From a virus (Duplodnaviria > Caudoviricetes), in the IMG/VR virus record IMGVR_UViG_3300028591_000070, positions 160,001 to 224,000 of that record: DNA of 64,000 nucleotides; one strand, 5' to 3'. The notes below the pieces were generated by a model that was not told the DNA's origin, searched no databases, and was given only the letters and a program-made list of their open reading frames with translations. Below are positions 43,282 through 53,680 of the stretch, piece after piece. Positions within the stretch are counted from its first letter, which is position 1. Every line of letters starts with the position of its first letter. A program made the translations under genes and the position numbers.

Positions 43282-43468
43282 CTTCTCGTTCTTTGCGTTT
43301 TATAGCTACTTCTAATCGAGCATTTTGTCTAACCTGTATACCATAGTCACGATTCATTTCAAAATATTTTGTTGCTTCTTCAGGAGTCAAACCAAATTCT
43401 TTTTGAATAGACTCAATTACCAACATATAATGTTTATACAAAATATCTTTGTCTAATACTGCAATCAT
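43238..43468 (-). CDS. small paralog family protein
   Basis: EFGLTPEEATKYF. Confidence 0.72.
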   Translation of the reverse strand: MIAVLDKDILYKHYMLVIESIQKEFGLTPEEATKYFEMNRDYGIQVRQNARLEVAIKRKEREDECKKKHGYTHRWS

Positions 43469-43713
43469 ATATTATGATACCATTTATCTAAAGGAATTCT
43501 AGAAGCTCCATAATGTTTATCTACAAAATCTGCCCAAGAACGTTGTTTTACCATAGGCTCATAGTTTAATTGCTTAAAATAAGTAAGAGCTTCATTTTTT
43601 GTTAAATCAAATTTTTTCTGTAATTTAGAAACTACATATGATTTATGCTGGTCGTAAACTTTTTTATGTCCATCATCTAAATCTTTTAGAGAGACTGTCT
43701 TATTAGTTATCAT
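43465..43713 (-). CDS. small paralog family protein
   Basis: KFDLTKNEALTYF. Confidence 0.72.
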   Translation of the reverse strand: MITNKTVSLKDLDDGHKKVYDQHKSYVVSKLQKKFDLTKNEALTYFKQLNYEPMVKQRSWADFVDKHYGASRIPLDKWYHNI

Positions 43714-43840
43714 AATTCCATAAGAGGATAACTACAAAAATTCCTAAAAAAGGATGACCACAACAACATAAAATTGCGCCTAAAAGAAATGCTAAACAGT
43801 TACTGAAAAATGCGTTGTCATTATCATTATTCTTTTTCAT
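43703..43840 (-). CDS. small membrane protein (45 aa)
   Basis: MKKNNDNDNAFFSNCLAFLLGAILCCCGHPFLGIFVVILLWNYDN fills operon gap. Confidence 0.55.
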   Translation of the reverse strand: MKKNNDNDNAFFSNCLAFLLGAILCCCGHPFLGIFVVILLWNYDN

Positions 43841-44057
43841 TATTATTCTCTTTTAATTGTTTTTCCCAAATCTCTTCATCAGAAGGTTTAATCTCATTTT
43901 CTTCTACAAGCATATCGAAGTATTTTTCAGCTTCATCATCCTGTAATGAATGTTGCTCCTTGAGTGAAGAAATCGCCACTTGTTCCAAACCAGTATCGAT
44001 ATCTAACTTGAAGACATCCTTGAAATCCTGGTTGCTTACACTTGTCTTCTTCATCAT
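43827..44057 (-). CDS. small paralog family protein
   Basis: QHSLQDDEAEKYF. Confidence 0.7.
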   Translation of the reverse strand: MMKKTSVSNQDFKDVFKLDIDTGLEQVAISSLKEQHSLQDDEAEKYFDMLVEENEIKPSDEEIWEKQLKENNNEKE

Positions 44058-44068
44058 ATAGAATATAC

Positions 44069-44359
44069 CTATTTCCTTATTAATAATTCATATTTAATAC
44101 TATCCTTTAAGATAGTTGGCTTAATATTAGTGGCTCTTAATTTCTTCATATATAACAAATTAAACTTGACGTCTAAGCGCTCTATGCAAAATGAAGTGCC
44201 ATATTCATGCAAGCCAAAATTATTTACCTTTTCATTTTCTTTATTTTGTACAGCGGCATATTCCCACCATGAAAAAGGAACTACAAAAACACCAAAAGCT
44301 TGAGTCATTTTAATTATGTAATTCAATTTAATGTCAAAAACTTGTTCAATAGGCTGCAT
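44069..44359 (-). CDS. hypothetical protein
   Basis: 96 aa after ACTAAT motif. Confidence 0.65.
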   Translation of the reverse strand: MQPIEQVFDIKLNYIIKMTQAFGVFVVPFSWWEYAAVQNKENEKVNNFGLHEYGTSFCIERLDVKFNLLYMKKLRATNIKPTILKDSIKYELLIRK

Positions 44360-44391
44360 AGGATTTAATTAGTTTTAAAACTAATTAAAAC

Positions 44392-45174
44392 ATGATTTTA
44401 AATGTTATTGACTTTAATGATAATCTTAAAAAATCATATAGAAATAGATATTGCCTTTATCGAAATCTCGAATTAGGTCATGAAATTCATGTTTATAATG
44501 AGAATTCTAAATTAATGAAGGCTTGTCAAAGTACATTAACAGATGAGATGAAAAATATTTTAAAACGAACTCATTTTTCTCCAACATATGAATACTATAA
44601 ATTATTTTTAATGCAACACATAGAAGGATGGTTTACAGAAAGCGATACAATAGTCTATTCAACAAATTTAAATCCAAATAAAACTGTTCCAGGTACGATG
44701 CCAGTATATTATGACTCACAACATTGCTTACTTATACTTAATTTTTGTACTTGGATGCCAATTTATATTCATCTTGATGAAATTACAAAATTTTTTCTAA
44801 AAAAATCTTTTGATACTTTACACCTTTATATTAAAGAAGATATGTATCATAAGGGCTATATGATGAGTGAACTTTTTTGCCAAGAAATTATAGCTAAACC
44901 TTACTGCTCAAGCTATGATGAAGACCTTAAAGACCTTTGCGAAAAGTTTAATTTTATTAATATACCAGTAGACTTTGTTCATCATTCAGTTGGTAATCTT
45001 GAAACAATACCTCCTAATTATGTAAATCCTGATTCCCCAGAAAAAGTTCAAGATTATAAATCTGCAAAGCTTTGCTTAAAAAGAGACCAAGAAAATAATA
45101 TTCTTTTTATTGATAAGAGTCTTATTTATTATGATGATTTACTAAAATTTGATACTTTTAAAATTATGCCTTAA
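44392..45174 (+). CDS. hypothetical protein
   Basis: 260 aa after ACTAAT motif. Confidence 0.75.
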   Translation: MILNVIDFNDNLKKSYRNRYCLYRNLELGHEIHVYNENSKLMKACQSTLTDEMKNILKRTHFSPTYEYYKLFLMQHIEGWFTESDTIVYSTNLNPNKTVPGTMPVYYDSQHCLLILNFCTWMPIYIHLDEITKFFLKKSFDTLHLYIKEDMYHKGYMMSELFCQEIIAKPYCSSYDEDLKDLCEKFNFINIPVDFVHHSVGNLETIPPNYVNPDSPEKVQDYKSAKLCLKRDQENNILFIDKSLIYYDDLLKFDTFKIMP

Positions 45175-45571
45175 GAGCTATTTTTCTAAGCTTCATTTCC
45201 CAGTCTTCTTCTGGATTATAACTTATAACTGAATGTGTAACAATACGATACCACCAGTAAAAATGTTCATTTCTATCTACAGGATCACCATTTAAGGGAT
45301 TTTGATAATCATCCATTCTTCTGTGCACCCATCTTACTAAACAAACTACATTATGTGGATTATAAATATGCTCTGGCTCTTCTGAGGCTGCAAACACATG
45401 AGCATGATCAATTTGCATTTGATTTCCAGGCTTGCATTGGAAAGACTCTTTCATTGATAAACACATCTTAAATGTATCTTGACATCTATCTCTTTGGTCT
45501 ACTTTTCTTTTACATTCTTGCCAGAATGGGTCTGCATTAGACCTTCGTCCATATTCTACTTTATTAGCCAT
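45164..45571 (-). CDS. HNH-like nuclease family protein
   Basis: W...RD.C, DHAHVF, N.V.L.R..H; start moved to MANKVEY. Confidence 0.65.
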   Translation of the reverse strand: MANKVEYGRRSNADPFWQECKRKVDQRDRCQDTFKMCLSMKESFQCKPGNQMQIDHAHVFAASEEPEHIYNPHNVVCLVRWVHRRMDDYQNPLNGDPVDRNEHFYWWYRIVTHSVISYNPEEDWEMKLRKIALKA

Positions 45572-45613
45572 ACTTAATTTAGTAGTTAATATTAACTCAA
45601 AGAGAGGTTTAAA

Positions 45614-45880
45614 GTGACACGATCTAAAGCAAATGACCTTTGGAAAAATTTTCATGATCGCTATGATTTATTTATTATAAATCCAGAAGTAGTACAAGAA
45701 CAAACTTGTGAAAAATTAAAATCAGATTTCGGCCTTTCAGATGATGAAGCCAAAAATTATTATGATATGATAAAAGACGAAGAAAACAATAAAATCATTA
45801 AAGAAGTTGAAAAAAAGGTAAGAGTAGAAGTAAAATCTACTAGTACTTTTAAGGTTGAATTTAATTATGGTAAACAATGA
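45614..45880 (+). CDS. small paralog family protein
   Basis: GTG start with GAGG SD; DFGLSDDEAKNYY. Confidence 0.7.
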   Translation: MTRSKANDLWKNFHDRYDLFIINPEVVQEQTCEKLKSDFGLSDDEAKNYYDMIKDEENNKIIKEVEKKVRVEVKSTSTFKVEFNYGKQ

Positions 45881-46115
45881 TAAAGATTTTCTTTCAGAGA
45901 ATTATCAAAAACACAAGAAAAATATGGTAGATGGTATTAAAAAGAAATATGGTCTAACAGATGAAGAAGCCGAAGAATATTATTATTTAGACCCTCAATA
46001 CGCTCAAGCAGCATTATTATGCGCAGCTATTGAAAATGGTCCACCTAGTTCTGAACCTAATACAGTCAATGTTACTGTGAGTCCTCAAGTTGCACAATTT
46101 TTGAAGTTGCTATAA
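45867..46115 (+). CDS. small paralog family protein
   Basis: KYGLTDEEAEEYY. Confidence 0.7.
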   Translation: MVNNDKDFLSENYQKHKKNMVDGIKKKYGLTDEEAEEYYYLDPQYAQAALLCAAIENGPPSSEPNTVNVTVSPQVAQFLKLL

Positions 46116-46191
46116 TTTTCTAAGTATATTCTATGAAGTTGAAAGTGGCTTTTATGCCGCTTTTTATATTTTAAAACTAATTTTAATAACT

Positions 46192-47403
46192 ATGAAAATT
46201 AAAGCTTTATTTATACATGGATTTGGTGGCTCTAAAGACTCTAGAACTGGTAAAGTAGTTGCTTCTATTTTGAAAGAGTACGATATTGAAACAATTACTG
46301 AAACTTTTAATCTATTAAATGTTGATGAGACTCTTGCTAAAATTGATAGTATCATATTAAAAAACAATGTACATCTTCTATTAGGTACTTCTTTAGGCGG
46401 TTTTTATACGTTAGCATATGATGGCCTTGTTGACAAAATTGTAATAAATCCATGTATGAAGCCTTCAGATGAAATCCCAAAATTAGACCCAAGCATTTCA
46501 GAAGAAACTATTTATGATTATATGGATTATGAAGACTATATCTTCGATTCTAAAAATAATATAAATACTCGTGGTATTTTTGGTACTAAAGATGAATTAT
46601 TTGGTGATAAATTTTTAATTCAATTCAAAAAATATTATGGTGCTGAAAATGCTTTTACTTTTAATGGTGGTCATCATGGAGCTGAAGGTGCTGAAAATGC
46701 TTTAAGAGATGCTATCGATTCTTTAGGAATTAAACAAGTTGATAAAATGTTTGATGATGAAGATGATGTAGCCGAGCCAATTTTCCATGTTGTAAGAGAA
46801 TCAAAATTAAGTGAAAGCTTTAAAAATCTTTTCCCAAAAGAACAAACTGTAGATGCTGGCCTTAAGCAAGAAGTGTATGATATTTTTAAAGAAGGATATG
46901 CTTCTATAGGTGGAATGGCTGGTGGTGAAACAATTGATAAGTTTTATTCCAAAGTTGATATGATTAAAATCAACAAAAAGGATGGTTCAATTGCTGCTCT
47001 ATGTGCATATCGTTTTGATAAAGGTGGTCGTAAATTAGTTTATTGTACTGCTAATAAAAAACATCCTAAAGGAAAAGAAGCTCTTATCCAAATAATGCAA
47101 GATGATATTAGAAGAACAGAGCGTGGTTTCTGGGGTGAAGTATCTGAACAACCTCTTCATATGTATATTAAATATGCCAACGCTCCTGTTATAAATGCTG
47201 ATGAAATGAAAAAATACATGAAAGGTGAAGATTTCATTGGCATAAATACTGAAAAAGATTTAAATAATATTGATCCAAAATTCAGAGATGAATATAAACA
47301 AGCTTATGTTCGTAAATTAGGTGATGGCAAATATCATGCAAAAGTAGGTATTGGACAGCTTCCATCTGAAAAAGTATTTGAGAACATCTTGCATACTAAT
47401 TAA
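46192..47403 (+). CDS. YqiA/UPF0227-like alpha/beta hydrolase fused to unknown C-terminal domain
   Basis: FIHGFGGS, GTSLGG nucleophile elbow, INP, GTKDE, GGH. Confidence 0.8.
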   Translation: MKIKALFIHGFGGSKDSRTGKVVASILKEYDIETITETFNLLNVDETLAKIDSIILKNNVHLLLGTSLGGFYTLAYDGLVDKIVINPCMKPSDEIPKLDPSISEETIYDYMDYEDYIFDSKNNINTRGIFGTKDELFGDKFLIQFKKYYGAENAFTFNGGHHGAEGAENALRDAIDSLGIKQVDKMFDDEDDVAEPIFHVVRESKLSESFKNLFPKEQTVDAGLKQEVYDIFKEGYASIGGMAGGETIDKFYSKVDMIKINKKDGSIAALCAYRFDKGGRKLVYCTANKKHPKGKEALIQIMQDDIRRTERGFWGEVSEQPLHMYIKYANAPVINADEMKKYMKGEDFIGINTEKDLNNIDPKFRDEYKQAYVRKLGDGKYHAKVGIGQLPSEKVFENILHTN

Positions 47404-47406
47404 TTT

Positions 47407-48672
47407 ATGGAATTTACAGAAAAATTAGCAAACCTCATTATGATACAATATTATCTTGCCATGGACCTTGAAATTCATGACACAGATTTTTCTCTTAAAG
47501 AAGTAGAAATTGGACAAAAAGCCTTAGATGAAAATGGTGGCTCTGAAAAAGCTCTCTCAAATGCTTTAGATGATTATATTAAAGAAAATGACTGGACTGG
47601 ATATTTAGGAACTTTTGGTTCTGGAAATCGAGAAAGAGGCTTTGCCGTTGAAGGATTTTTTGAAGCTTGTGGTAGAAGCCTTACATATAATGAATTAGAA
47701 GAGTCTACAAAAATTAAGGAAAATGAAGAAGAAAGTCCTTGGTTTTGGATAGCTTATAATGAGGATGCTCATTCTTATGAAATTTTACAAGGCCCACCTA
47801 AAACTAAAGATTATGCCTCTTACTGTGAATTTGATAGAAAATATTTAGATAAAATAATAGATTTATTCCCTAAATTAAATTCCATAGCAGATAAACCTGT
47901 TGAAATTTGGGATGTTGTTGAATCTAATCCCTTCAGTGACCATTCTTCTAGTAATTGGTTCTTTAGTGAAGAAGAAGCTAATGATTATTATGATGAGCTT
48001 TGTGGTAATCAAGGCGGCAGAAGTTCTTATGACGATGACGAAGGTGGAATGGACTACAGTATTGATGAATTAGAACAGCCATTTAAGGATGTTTTATATG
48101 AATTATCTCAAGACATGAATAATGAAGAGCTTATTAGATATATTGAATCTTTTGATAGTGATGAATTAACTGAACGAGCTCTTGAAATAGGTAATGGTAA
48201 AGTTTATGCTGTTCAAGATGCTTTTTATACAAGAAAAACTCATGATGCTACTGGTGAAAAAGACATCATGATTAAAAATGGTGATAGAGATCCAAGCTTA
48301 ACTAATACTGAAAAAGATATTGCCAAAAAATCAATTGAAGTCCTAAAAAAGATGGGTAAATTAGGTGACATCAGCAAAGAATATAATGTAGACCATGGCC
48401 CAGATTTAACTTATATACCAGTAGAAGATACAGTAAAAGTTACGCCAGATAATGGCTCGCAACCTTATAAGATTAAAATTCCAGAAGCATTATCATTCTT
48501 AAAATCTTATGAATATGATATTTTAGATGAAGCAGTTGCAGTTTATACTAAAGCTGATGAATGTAAAAAAGCTTTACAAGAAAGCTTTTTGGTTATTGAA
48601 ACTGTAAGCCCTGCCGATAATAAAAATTTTGGATATTTAGAAAATGAAGTTACAATTTTCAAAGTAAAATAA
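47407..48672 (+). CDS. acidic putative virion internal protein
   Basis: 421 aa; LEES, IKEN, LTER, LQES L-x-E linkers. Confidence 0.65.
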   Translation: MEFTEKLANLIMIQYYLAMDLEIHDTDFSLKEVEIGQKALDENGGSEKALSNALDDYIKENDWTGYLGTFGSGNRERGFAVEGFFEACGRSLTYNELEESTKIKENEEESPWFWIAYNEDAHSYEILQGPPKTKDYASYCEFDRKYLDKIIDLFPKLNSIADKPVEIWDVVESNPFSDHSSSNWFFSEEEANDYYDELCGNQGGRSSYDDDEGGMDYSIDELEQPFKDVLYELSQDMNNEELIRYIESFDSDELTERALEIGNGKVYAVQDAFYTRKTHDATGEKDIMIKNGDRDPSLTNTEKDIAKKSIEVLKKMGKLGDISKEYNVDHGPDLTYIPVEDTVKVTPDNGSQPYKIKIPEALSFLKSYEYDILDEAVAVYTKADECKKALQESFLVIETVSPADNKNFGYLENEVTIFKVK

Positions 48673-48840
48673 AGTCATTTTTTATTTATATCCAGTCAGT
48701 AAGGAACCTAAGGCGGTGCCGTGGTTCACTTTGGGGTTGCCGCGGCTAGCCCAAAGACATCTTTTTAGACTTGCAAAAGTCTGGAAAGTGGTCATCTTTA
48801 AATATAATTTAACAGTGACCAGTTTCATGAGTTTTTAAAT

Positions 48841-49056
48841 ATGGGAAAGTATAAATTATTTGAAAGAATATTAAAAGAAAGCCTCACTCCTGAAGAAAAT
48901 GATATTTATACTGCTGGGTATAATGCTTTTTACAATGACAATGATGAATGTCCTTATGATCCTCAATTAAACATAACTGAATTTAAGATTTGGGTTTGGG
49001 GATATAAGGACGCTGAAGGTGAGCTTCTAGATAAAGAATATTTTGATTTCCAATAA
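48841..49056 (+). CDS. small putative virion protein
   Basis: YKLFERILKES N-terminus; GY.A...CPY...W..GY. Confidence 0.7.
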   Translation: MGKYKLFERILKESLTPEENDIYTAGYNAFYNDNDECPYDPQLNITEFKIWVWGYKDAEGELLDKEYFDFQ

Positions 49057-49353
49057 TTATTTAAAATAAATCATTAAATAATCATCTTTTATAAAATAGT
49101 TTATAATTTCTATATCTTTATGCAAATAATCTTCTATTAGAAATTTAAAGCCATTTATCATAATGTCATTCCATTCTATATTTGTTGGCTTCTTAATCTC
49201 AAAAAAATTAGTCATATTGCAATAGTCATTGGTCCTACTTAGATAAAGAATCCAATTATTAGAGTCTACTGCTATTTGAGGAAATTTTGTAATCCAATCT
49301 TTATCAAAATAAAATGCCATGCCATCAGCAAAGCAATGCCAACACCACTCCAT
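49057..49353 (-). CDS. hypothetical protein
   Basis: 98-aa ORF. Confidence 0.6.
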   Translation of the reverse strand: MEWCWHCFADGMAFYFDKDWITKFPQIAVDSNNWILYLSRTNDYCNMTNFFEIKKPTNIEWNDIMINGFKFLIEDYLHKDIEIINYFIKDDYLMIYFK

Positions 49354-49395
49354 AAAAAATTTAGTATTTTTGATAATTCTTAGGTATATTCTATT

Positions 49396-49893
49396 ATGAG
49401 GTTGGTCATGAGAACATCTATAAATAAATTAAGAAATCGAGCTAAGTTTAGAGCTCAAATTAAAGATAAAATAGCAGATTTCGAAGTTAGAAAATGGATT
49501 TTCTCTTATAGTATAAGAGAAAGGTGTGACTTGGCTCATGATACTCGGATATTTATTAGAGACTTAAAGAGGGAATTGAAAAGAAGTTTAGGATATGGTC
49601 ATATTATTCTTCCTAAACGCGAAAGCTATAGGGACATTTGGAGATTCAATACTGATCCACATTTTGTCAGCTCAGATATAGCATATATTTACAGTAAGTT
49701 GCAGAAGGTATTTATAGATATTGATTCAATATATTTGTCTATAAGGTTCTGCAAATCATGGTGGGAAGATCTTAATGGTAACTGTCACTATAACTTGGAT
49801 TATCTTACTAGAATGCCTGACGAACTTCATATAGTGGAGTTCAATTTATGTGAGGCAAAACCTGATATAAAAAAACTTATTAAGGAGGAATAA
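49396..49893 (+). CDS. hypothetical protein
   Basis: 165 aa, apparently leaderless after GTATATTCT. Confidence 0.72.
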   Translation: MRLVMRTSINKLRNRAKFRAQIKDKIADFEVRKWIFSYSIRERCDLAHDTRIFIRDLKRELKRSLGYGHIILPKRESYRDIWRFNTDPHFVSSDIAYIYSKLQKVFIDIDSIYLSIRFCKSWWEDLNGNCHYNLDYLTRMPDELHIVEFNLCEAKPDIKKLIKEE

Positions 49894-49896
49894 ATT

Positions 49897-50634
49897 ATGG
49901 CATTAACAAAGGAACAGCAATATAAACTCATTAATAGGTATCAGAGTGGGGATAAGACTGCTTTAGTTGAATTGATTAAAGCAAATGAAGGTCTTGTCTG
50001 GGATAGTGCCTATAAGTTTTACAATATCCATAAGTCACGTTTGAAGACTGTAGCAGAAGCAGCAGATTTTGCCCAAGAAGGGTATATTGGCCTTATTGAA
50101 GGTATTAGACGCTTTGATACAACAAAAGATGTTGAGTTTAGTACTTATGTTAGATTTTGGATTGAACAAAGATGTCGCCTTTTTGCAAGAGAATATTACT
50201 CTTCTGTAAAAATTTCTACTACAAAATATGAACAGCTTATGAGAAAAAAGATGTATGAATCTTTTGGAGTAGACTGCATCAAGTCATCTACTTTGGATGA
50301 AGTTGATAGAATGGCAAAGGTCTCAAGTCTTAATGTTATTATAGGTGACTCATATGACGAAATGATCGACCTTTTGGCAGATAATAATGCAGAAGACCCA
50401 CTAAATAAATGTGCGCAAGCATCAGAGCATGATTATTTGCAGCATCTATTTGATAAATATCTTACTGAAAGAGAGCAGCATATCATTAAACTTAGAACAA
50501 ACTGGGATAAGTGCATGGAAGATTTTGCTACTCTTCAAGAAATCGGTGATGATATGGGCATTACTCGTGAAAGAGTTCGCCAAATCGAAAACAAAGCATA
50601 TAAAAAGTTAAAGTCACATCTTAAAGATTACTAA
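49897..50634 (+). CDS. RNA polymerase sigma70-family factor
   Basis: LIKANEGLV, QEGYIGLIEGIRRFD, FSTYVRFWI, TLQEIG..ITRERVRQIE. Confidence 0.92.
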   Translation: MALTKEQQYKLINRYQSGDKTALVELIKANEGLVWDSAYKFYNIHKSRLKTVAEAADFAQEGYIGLIEGIRRFDTTKDVEFSTYVRFWIEQRCRLFAREYYSSVKISTTKYEQLMRKKMYESFGVDCIKSSTLDEVDRMAKVSSLNVIIGDSYDEMIDLLADNNAEDPLNKCAQASEHDYLQHLFDKYLTEREQHIIKLRTNWDKCMEDFATLQEIGDDMGITRERVRQIENKAYKKLKSHLKDY

Positions 50635-50666
50635 TCTTCGGGTTTTCCTTATAAACTAAATTTATT

Positions 50667-51404
50667 ATGAAGTTTATATTAGGAAAACCTGAAAATTATT
50701 GTTCTCAAAGAAACAATAAATACAAGAAAACAATGACTGGAAACATGGGTACTTCTAAAATGGAAGCCTCATGTATGTGTAATGTTACAGTTTTATCTGA
50801 AGCATTAGAAATTGGAGAATGGATTCAACCTAAAGGACAATATGACCAAAATGAGGATAATCTTTGTGATTATATTGTAACTGAGTCTGAAAAGCCAGAT
50901 TCTTATTATGCTATTCATTTTCCAGCAATGTGGAAAGAATGGATTGAAGGTAAGAAAGATGCTTATTGGCCAAATGAAGTCCATAAAGTTTTAGAAAATG
51001 GAGTAAACTCTTGGCTTGGATGTTCTCACGCAGATACTTTTATTGAAAGTTGTGCCATTAGTGATTTAATCAAACAGCTTTGGTATGTTAGAATGCCAAT
51101 TCCTATTTCAGTTAAATTTGGAAATCTAAATCATATTGTTTTATTAGAAGGTTTTGAAACATCTATGAGCGAGGCTGAATTAGCTAGAGCAGTAAATAAT
51201 AAAACAGCTGTTAAAATTGATAAATGGTATTATGATGATCCTTATGGAGCTTTTGATTGGAAGTCAAAAACATATCTTCCAAATAGAGGTTCAGGTGATG
51301 ACCAAGTTTTAACAAATGCTCAGTTTAATGAGAGTGTTAAGCCTCTTGGAAATACCAAAGTAAAATATGCCCATATCTTACATAGACCTGCAGCAGTAGT
51401 TTAA
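50667..51404 (+). CDS. papain-like (C39-like) peptidase/amidase
   Basis: YCSQRNN..CNVT, HIVLL.G, DDPYG. Confidence 0.65.
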   Translation: MKFILGKPENYCSQRNNKYKKTMTGNMGTSKMEASCMCNVTVLSEALEIGEWIQPKGQYDQNEDNLCDYIVTESEKPDSYYAIHFPAMWKEWIEGKKDAYWPNEVHKVLENGVNSWLGCSHADTFIESCAISDLIKQLWYVRMPIPISVKFGNLNHIVLLEGFETSMSEAELARAVNNKTAVKIDKWYYDDPYGAFDWKSKTYLPNRGSGDDQVLTNAQFNESVKPLGNTKVKYAHILHRPAAVV

Positions 51405-51418
51405 TGACTAATTAATTC

Positions 51419-52708
51419 ATGAATGCTAAGACATATTTTGTCCCAATCTTAAATGCAACTACTGAATTAGATCCTGCTTTCATTCGTGAATTTGTATTTG
51501 TATCTTCAATCTCAGGACAACTCCCTCTTGGATATTTTGATTATTTTGACCAAGAGGGCTCTTTTTTAAAAAGTTATGAAAATCTTTCTGTAGGTACTCC
51601 TATTACATTTGAAACATACACTGATAGTGAAAGTAAAGACCTTAAAAATTTTAAGTTTAAGAATTATGTAATTCTTTATGTAGAAAGTTTGAATGGAGAG
51701 GGTGACTCAGGCCAATTTGATGGAATTGAAGGAAATATTCGTGTATGGTTTGGTCATAAATGGTATTTATATAAAGATACTAAAAATCATGCTTATGCTC
51801 CAATGAAAAACTCAAAACTTGTAGAAAAAATCTTAAAAGATGATACAAGAGGTGTTTCTTTCAAAATAAAAAATCTTGTAGAGAGCGATGATGATGGAAA
51901 AGTTTCACGCTATAAAACATGTGAAACAGATATTGAGTTTTTAAATAATAAAGTTATTCCATTCTGTTCACATAAAAAACTTCCAATGTATTTATTCTGT
52001 GATATTTCAGGAGATTTTTCATTCAGCTCTTTTGCAAGACTATATGAACAAAAACCAAAGATTTTTTATACTCCTGCAACTATTTCTGAAGATGAGGGTT
52101 ATGATACTGTAGCAGCATCATTAGAACAAGATGCCCTTAAATGTGAAGCAACTAGCGATTTTATGTTCGCTACTATCGCAATGGGTAATAAGAAATTTTT
52201 AGATGAATCTAGAATGAAACTTTTCTTAGAGGATGCCGAAGAAGGTTCATTTATTTCTGGAACTAAAAATCCATTAAATACAGCTGGAAAAAGTACTGGC
52301 AGCCATTTCTATAATTTACTTCCACTTAATAAACACTATGCTATGACCTCTATGGGAACATCTGTATTTACAGTTAGAAATAGAGTTATGCAAGATGCTA
52401 TGTCATTAGCTTATTCTCATGTAAAAGATTTAGACAGTTGTTTTAAACTAACTATTTCAGGTTATTTTGATGCCAAACAGTATAACGTTGGCGAAACAGT
52501 AAATGTATATTTTAATTTAGGAAACTGGATGAATGGTAAATGGTTAATTGAATCATTTATGGTTGGCACAGGAGAAGGTGATGGTAAAAAAGATAACCTT
52601 CTTCAAAGTTTAGTTTTAATTCGCCCTACATTCTGTGGTGATGAGAATACTACTACTTTGGATAAGAAGACACGACTTTTCATGTATTCAGTTAAGGAGA
52701 ACAATTAA
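51419..52708 (+). CDS. putative baseplate hub / contractile tail protein
   Basis: ETD.EFL, I.G....VGETV, NGKWLI patterns of gp27/GpD-like hubs; adjacent spike-like gene. Confidence 0.5.
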   Translation: MNAKTYFVPILNATTELDPAFIREFVFVSSISGQLPLGYFDYFDQEGSFLKSYENLSVGTPITFETYTDSESKDLKNFKFKNYVILYVESLNGEGDSGQFDGIEGNIRVWFGHKWYLYKDTKNHAYAPMKNSKLVEKILKDDTRGVSFKIKNLVESDDDGKVSRYKTCETDIEFLNNKVIPFCSHKKLPMYLFCDISGDFSFSSFARLYEQKPKIFYTPATISEDEGYDTVAASLEQDALKCEATSDFMFATIAMGNKKFLDESRMKLFLEDAEEGSFISGTKNPLNTAGKSTGSHFYNLLPLNKHYAMTSMGTSVFTVRNRVMQDAMSLAYSHVKDLDSCFKLTISGYFDAKQYNVGETVNVYFNLGNWMNGKWLIESFMVGTGEGDGKKDNLLQSLVLIRPTFCGDENTTTLDKKTRLFMYSVKENN

Positions 52709-53463
52709 TGTTTGAAACTGAGTTTTTAATTCCGCAAGAGCCAGAAATATCAGATGAACTTGTCTTAAGAAAGGCTCGTATATATGACATTATAGACCAA
52801 GATAATAATCAACTCAAAGTATGGCCATTACCAGACTTGGCAGGTATTCCAGAAAATGAATATGATAATCTTCCTGTGTTTCAGCCTTTTTATCCAGGCA
52901 CTTATGTTTCAGGTCGTACAGTTAAAAAAGATGGAAAAGAAAAAGCAGATTTAGTTTGGTGTGTATGCACTAAAGATTTTCAAACAGGATATATTTTAGG
53001 ACTCTGTTCTCAGTTTTACTGGGATGACGACCAGAAAGCTAAAGCAGGTTCCGTTAGATTTGAAAAATTGGCAAATTATTGTCGTGAGAGAAAATGTTGG
53101 GCATCAGATTTCAAATATGAAGATCTGGTAGTAGTAAAAGCAACTCAAAATCCAAGCTCAGGTGGTTTAATAGAATTTTACAACAGAAATACAGGAGATT
53201 GGTTTTTGATAAATACAACTGGTGCAATGATTTCTGTACAACGCAGTAAGATTTATTTAAGGGTAGGTTCACCAGGAAAATCTTTCTCTTCAATCGATAT
53301 GTCTGGTAATAGTATCGATTTTAAAACAAATGAAGTAAACTTTTCAAAGTGCCAGAATATTACTCTTGGCCATAGCGGCATGCTATTAGCTACAATACCA
53401 AGTGGTACCTGTATAGGTCGTAATGGTGTTATGGTTAGTAATGCATCCAATATTCATGTCTAA
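52708..53463 (+). CDS. putative baseplate central spike (gp5/gpV-like)
   Basis: N-terminal OB-like (LKVW..VW.V...GYILG) and beta-strand-rich C-terminus. Confidence 0.5.
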   Translation: MFETEFLIPQEPEISDELVLRKARIYDIIDQDNNQLKVWPLPDLAGIPENEYDNLPVFQPFYPGTYVSGRTVKKDGKEKADLVWCVCTKDFQTGYILGLCSQFYWDDDQKAKAGSVRFEKLANYCRERKCWASDFKYEDLVVVKATQNPSSGGLIEFYNRNTGDWFLINTTGAMISVQRSKIYLRVGSPGKSFSSIDMSGNSIDFKTNEVNFSKCQNITLGHSGMLLATIPSGTCIGRNGVMVSNASNIHV

Positions 53464-53480
53464 CTAGAGGAGGTTTTCAC

Positions 53481-53660
53481 ATGGACGAAAAGATTCTTAA
53501 AGAAGAGTTAGATCTTCGAAAAGAAATTCAGGTTCGGCTTAATAAGATTAAAAAGATTAAGCGGAAGATCAAAGATTTAGGTTATTCTATGGAAGGTTAT
53601 GAAGCCGAAATAAAAGACCTAGAGGAAGATATTAAAAAATTACAGAAAAAGACTAAATAA
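53481..53660 (+). CDS. small coiled-coil protein (59 aa)
   Basis: GGAGG SD; not in ORF track. Confidence 0.7.
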   Translation: MDEKILKEELDLRKEIQVRLNKIKKIKRKIKDLGYSMEGYEAEIKDLEEDIKKLQKKTK

Positions 53661-53680
53661 TTATAAAGGAAATAATATAA

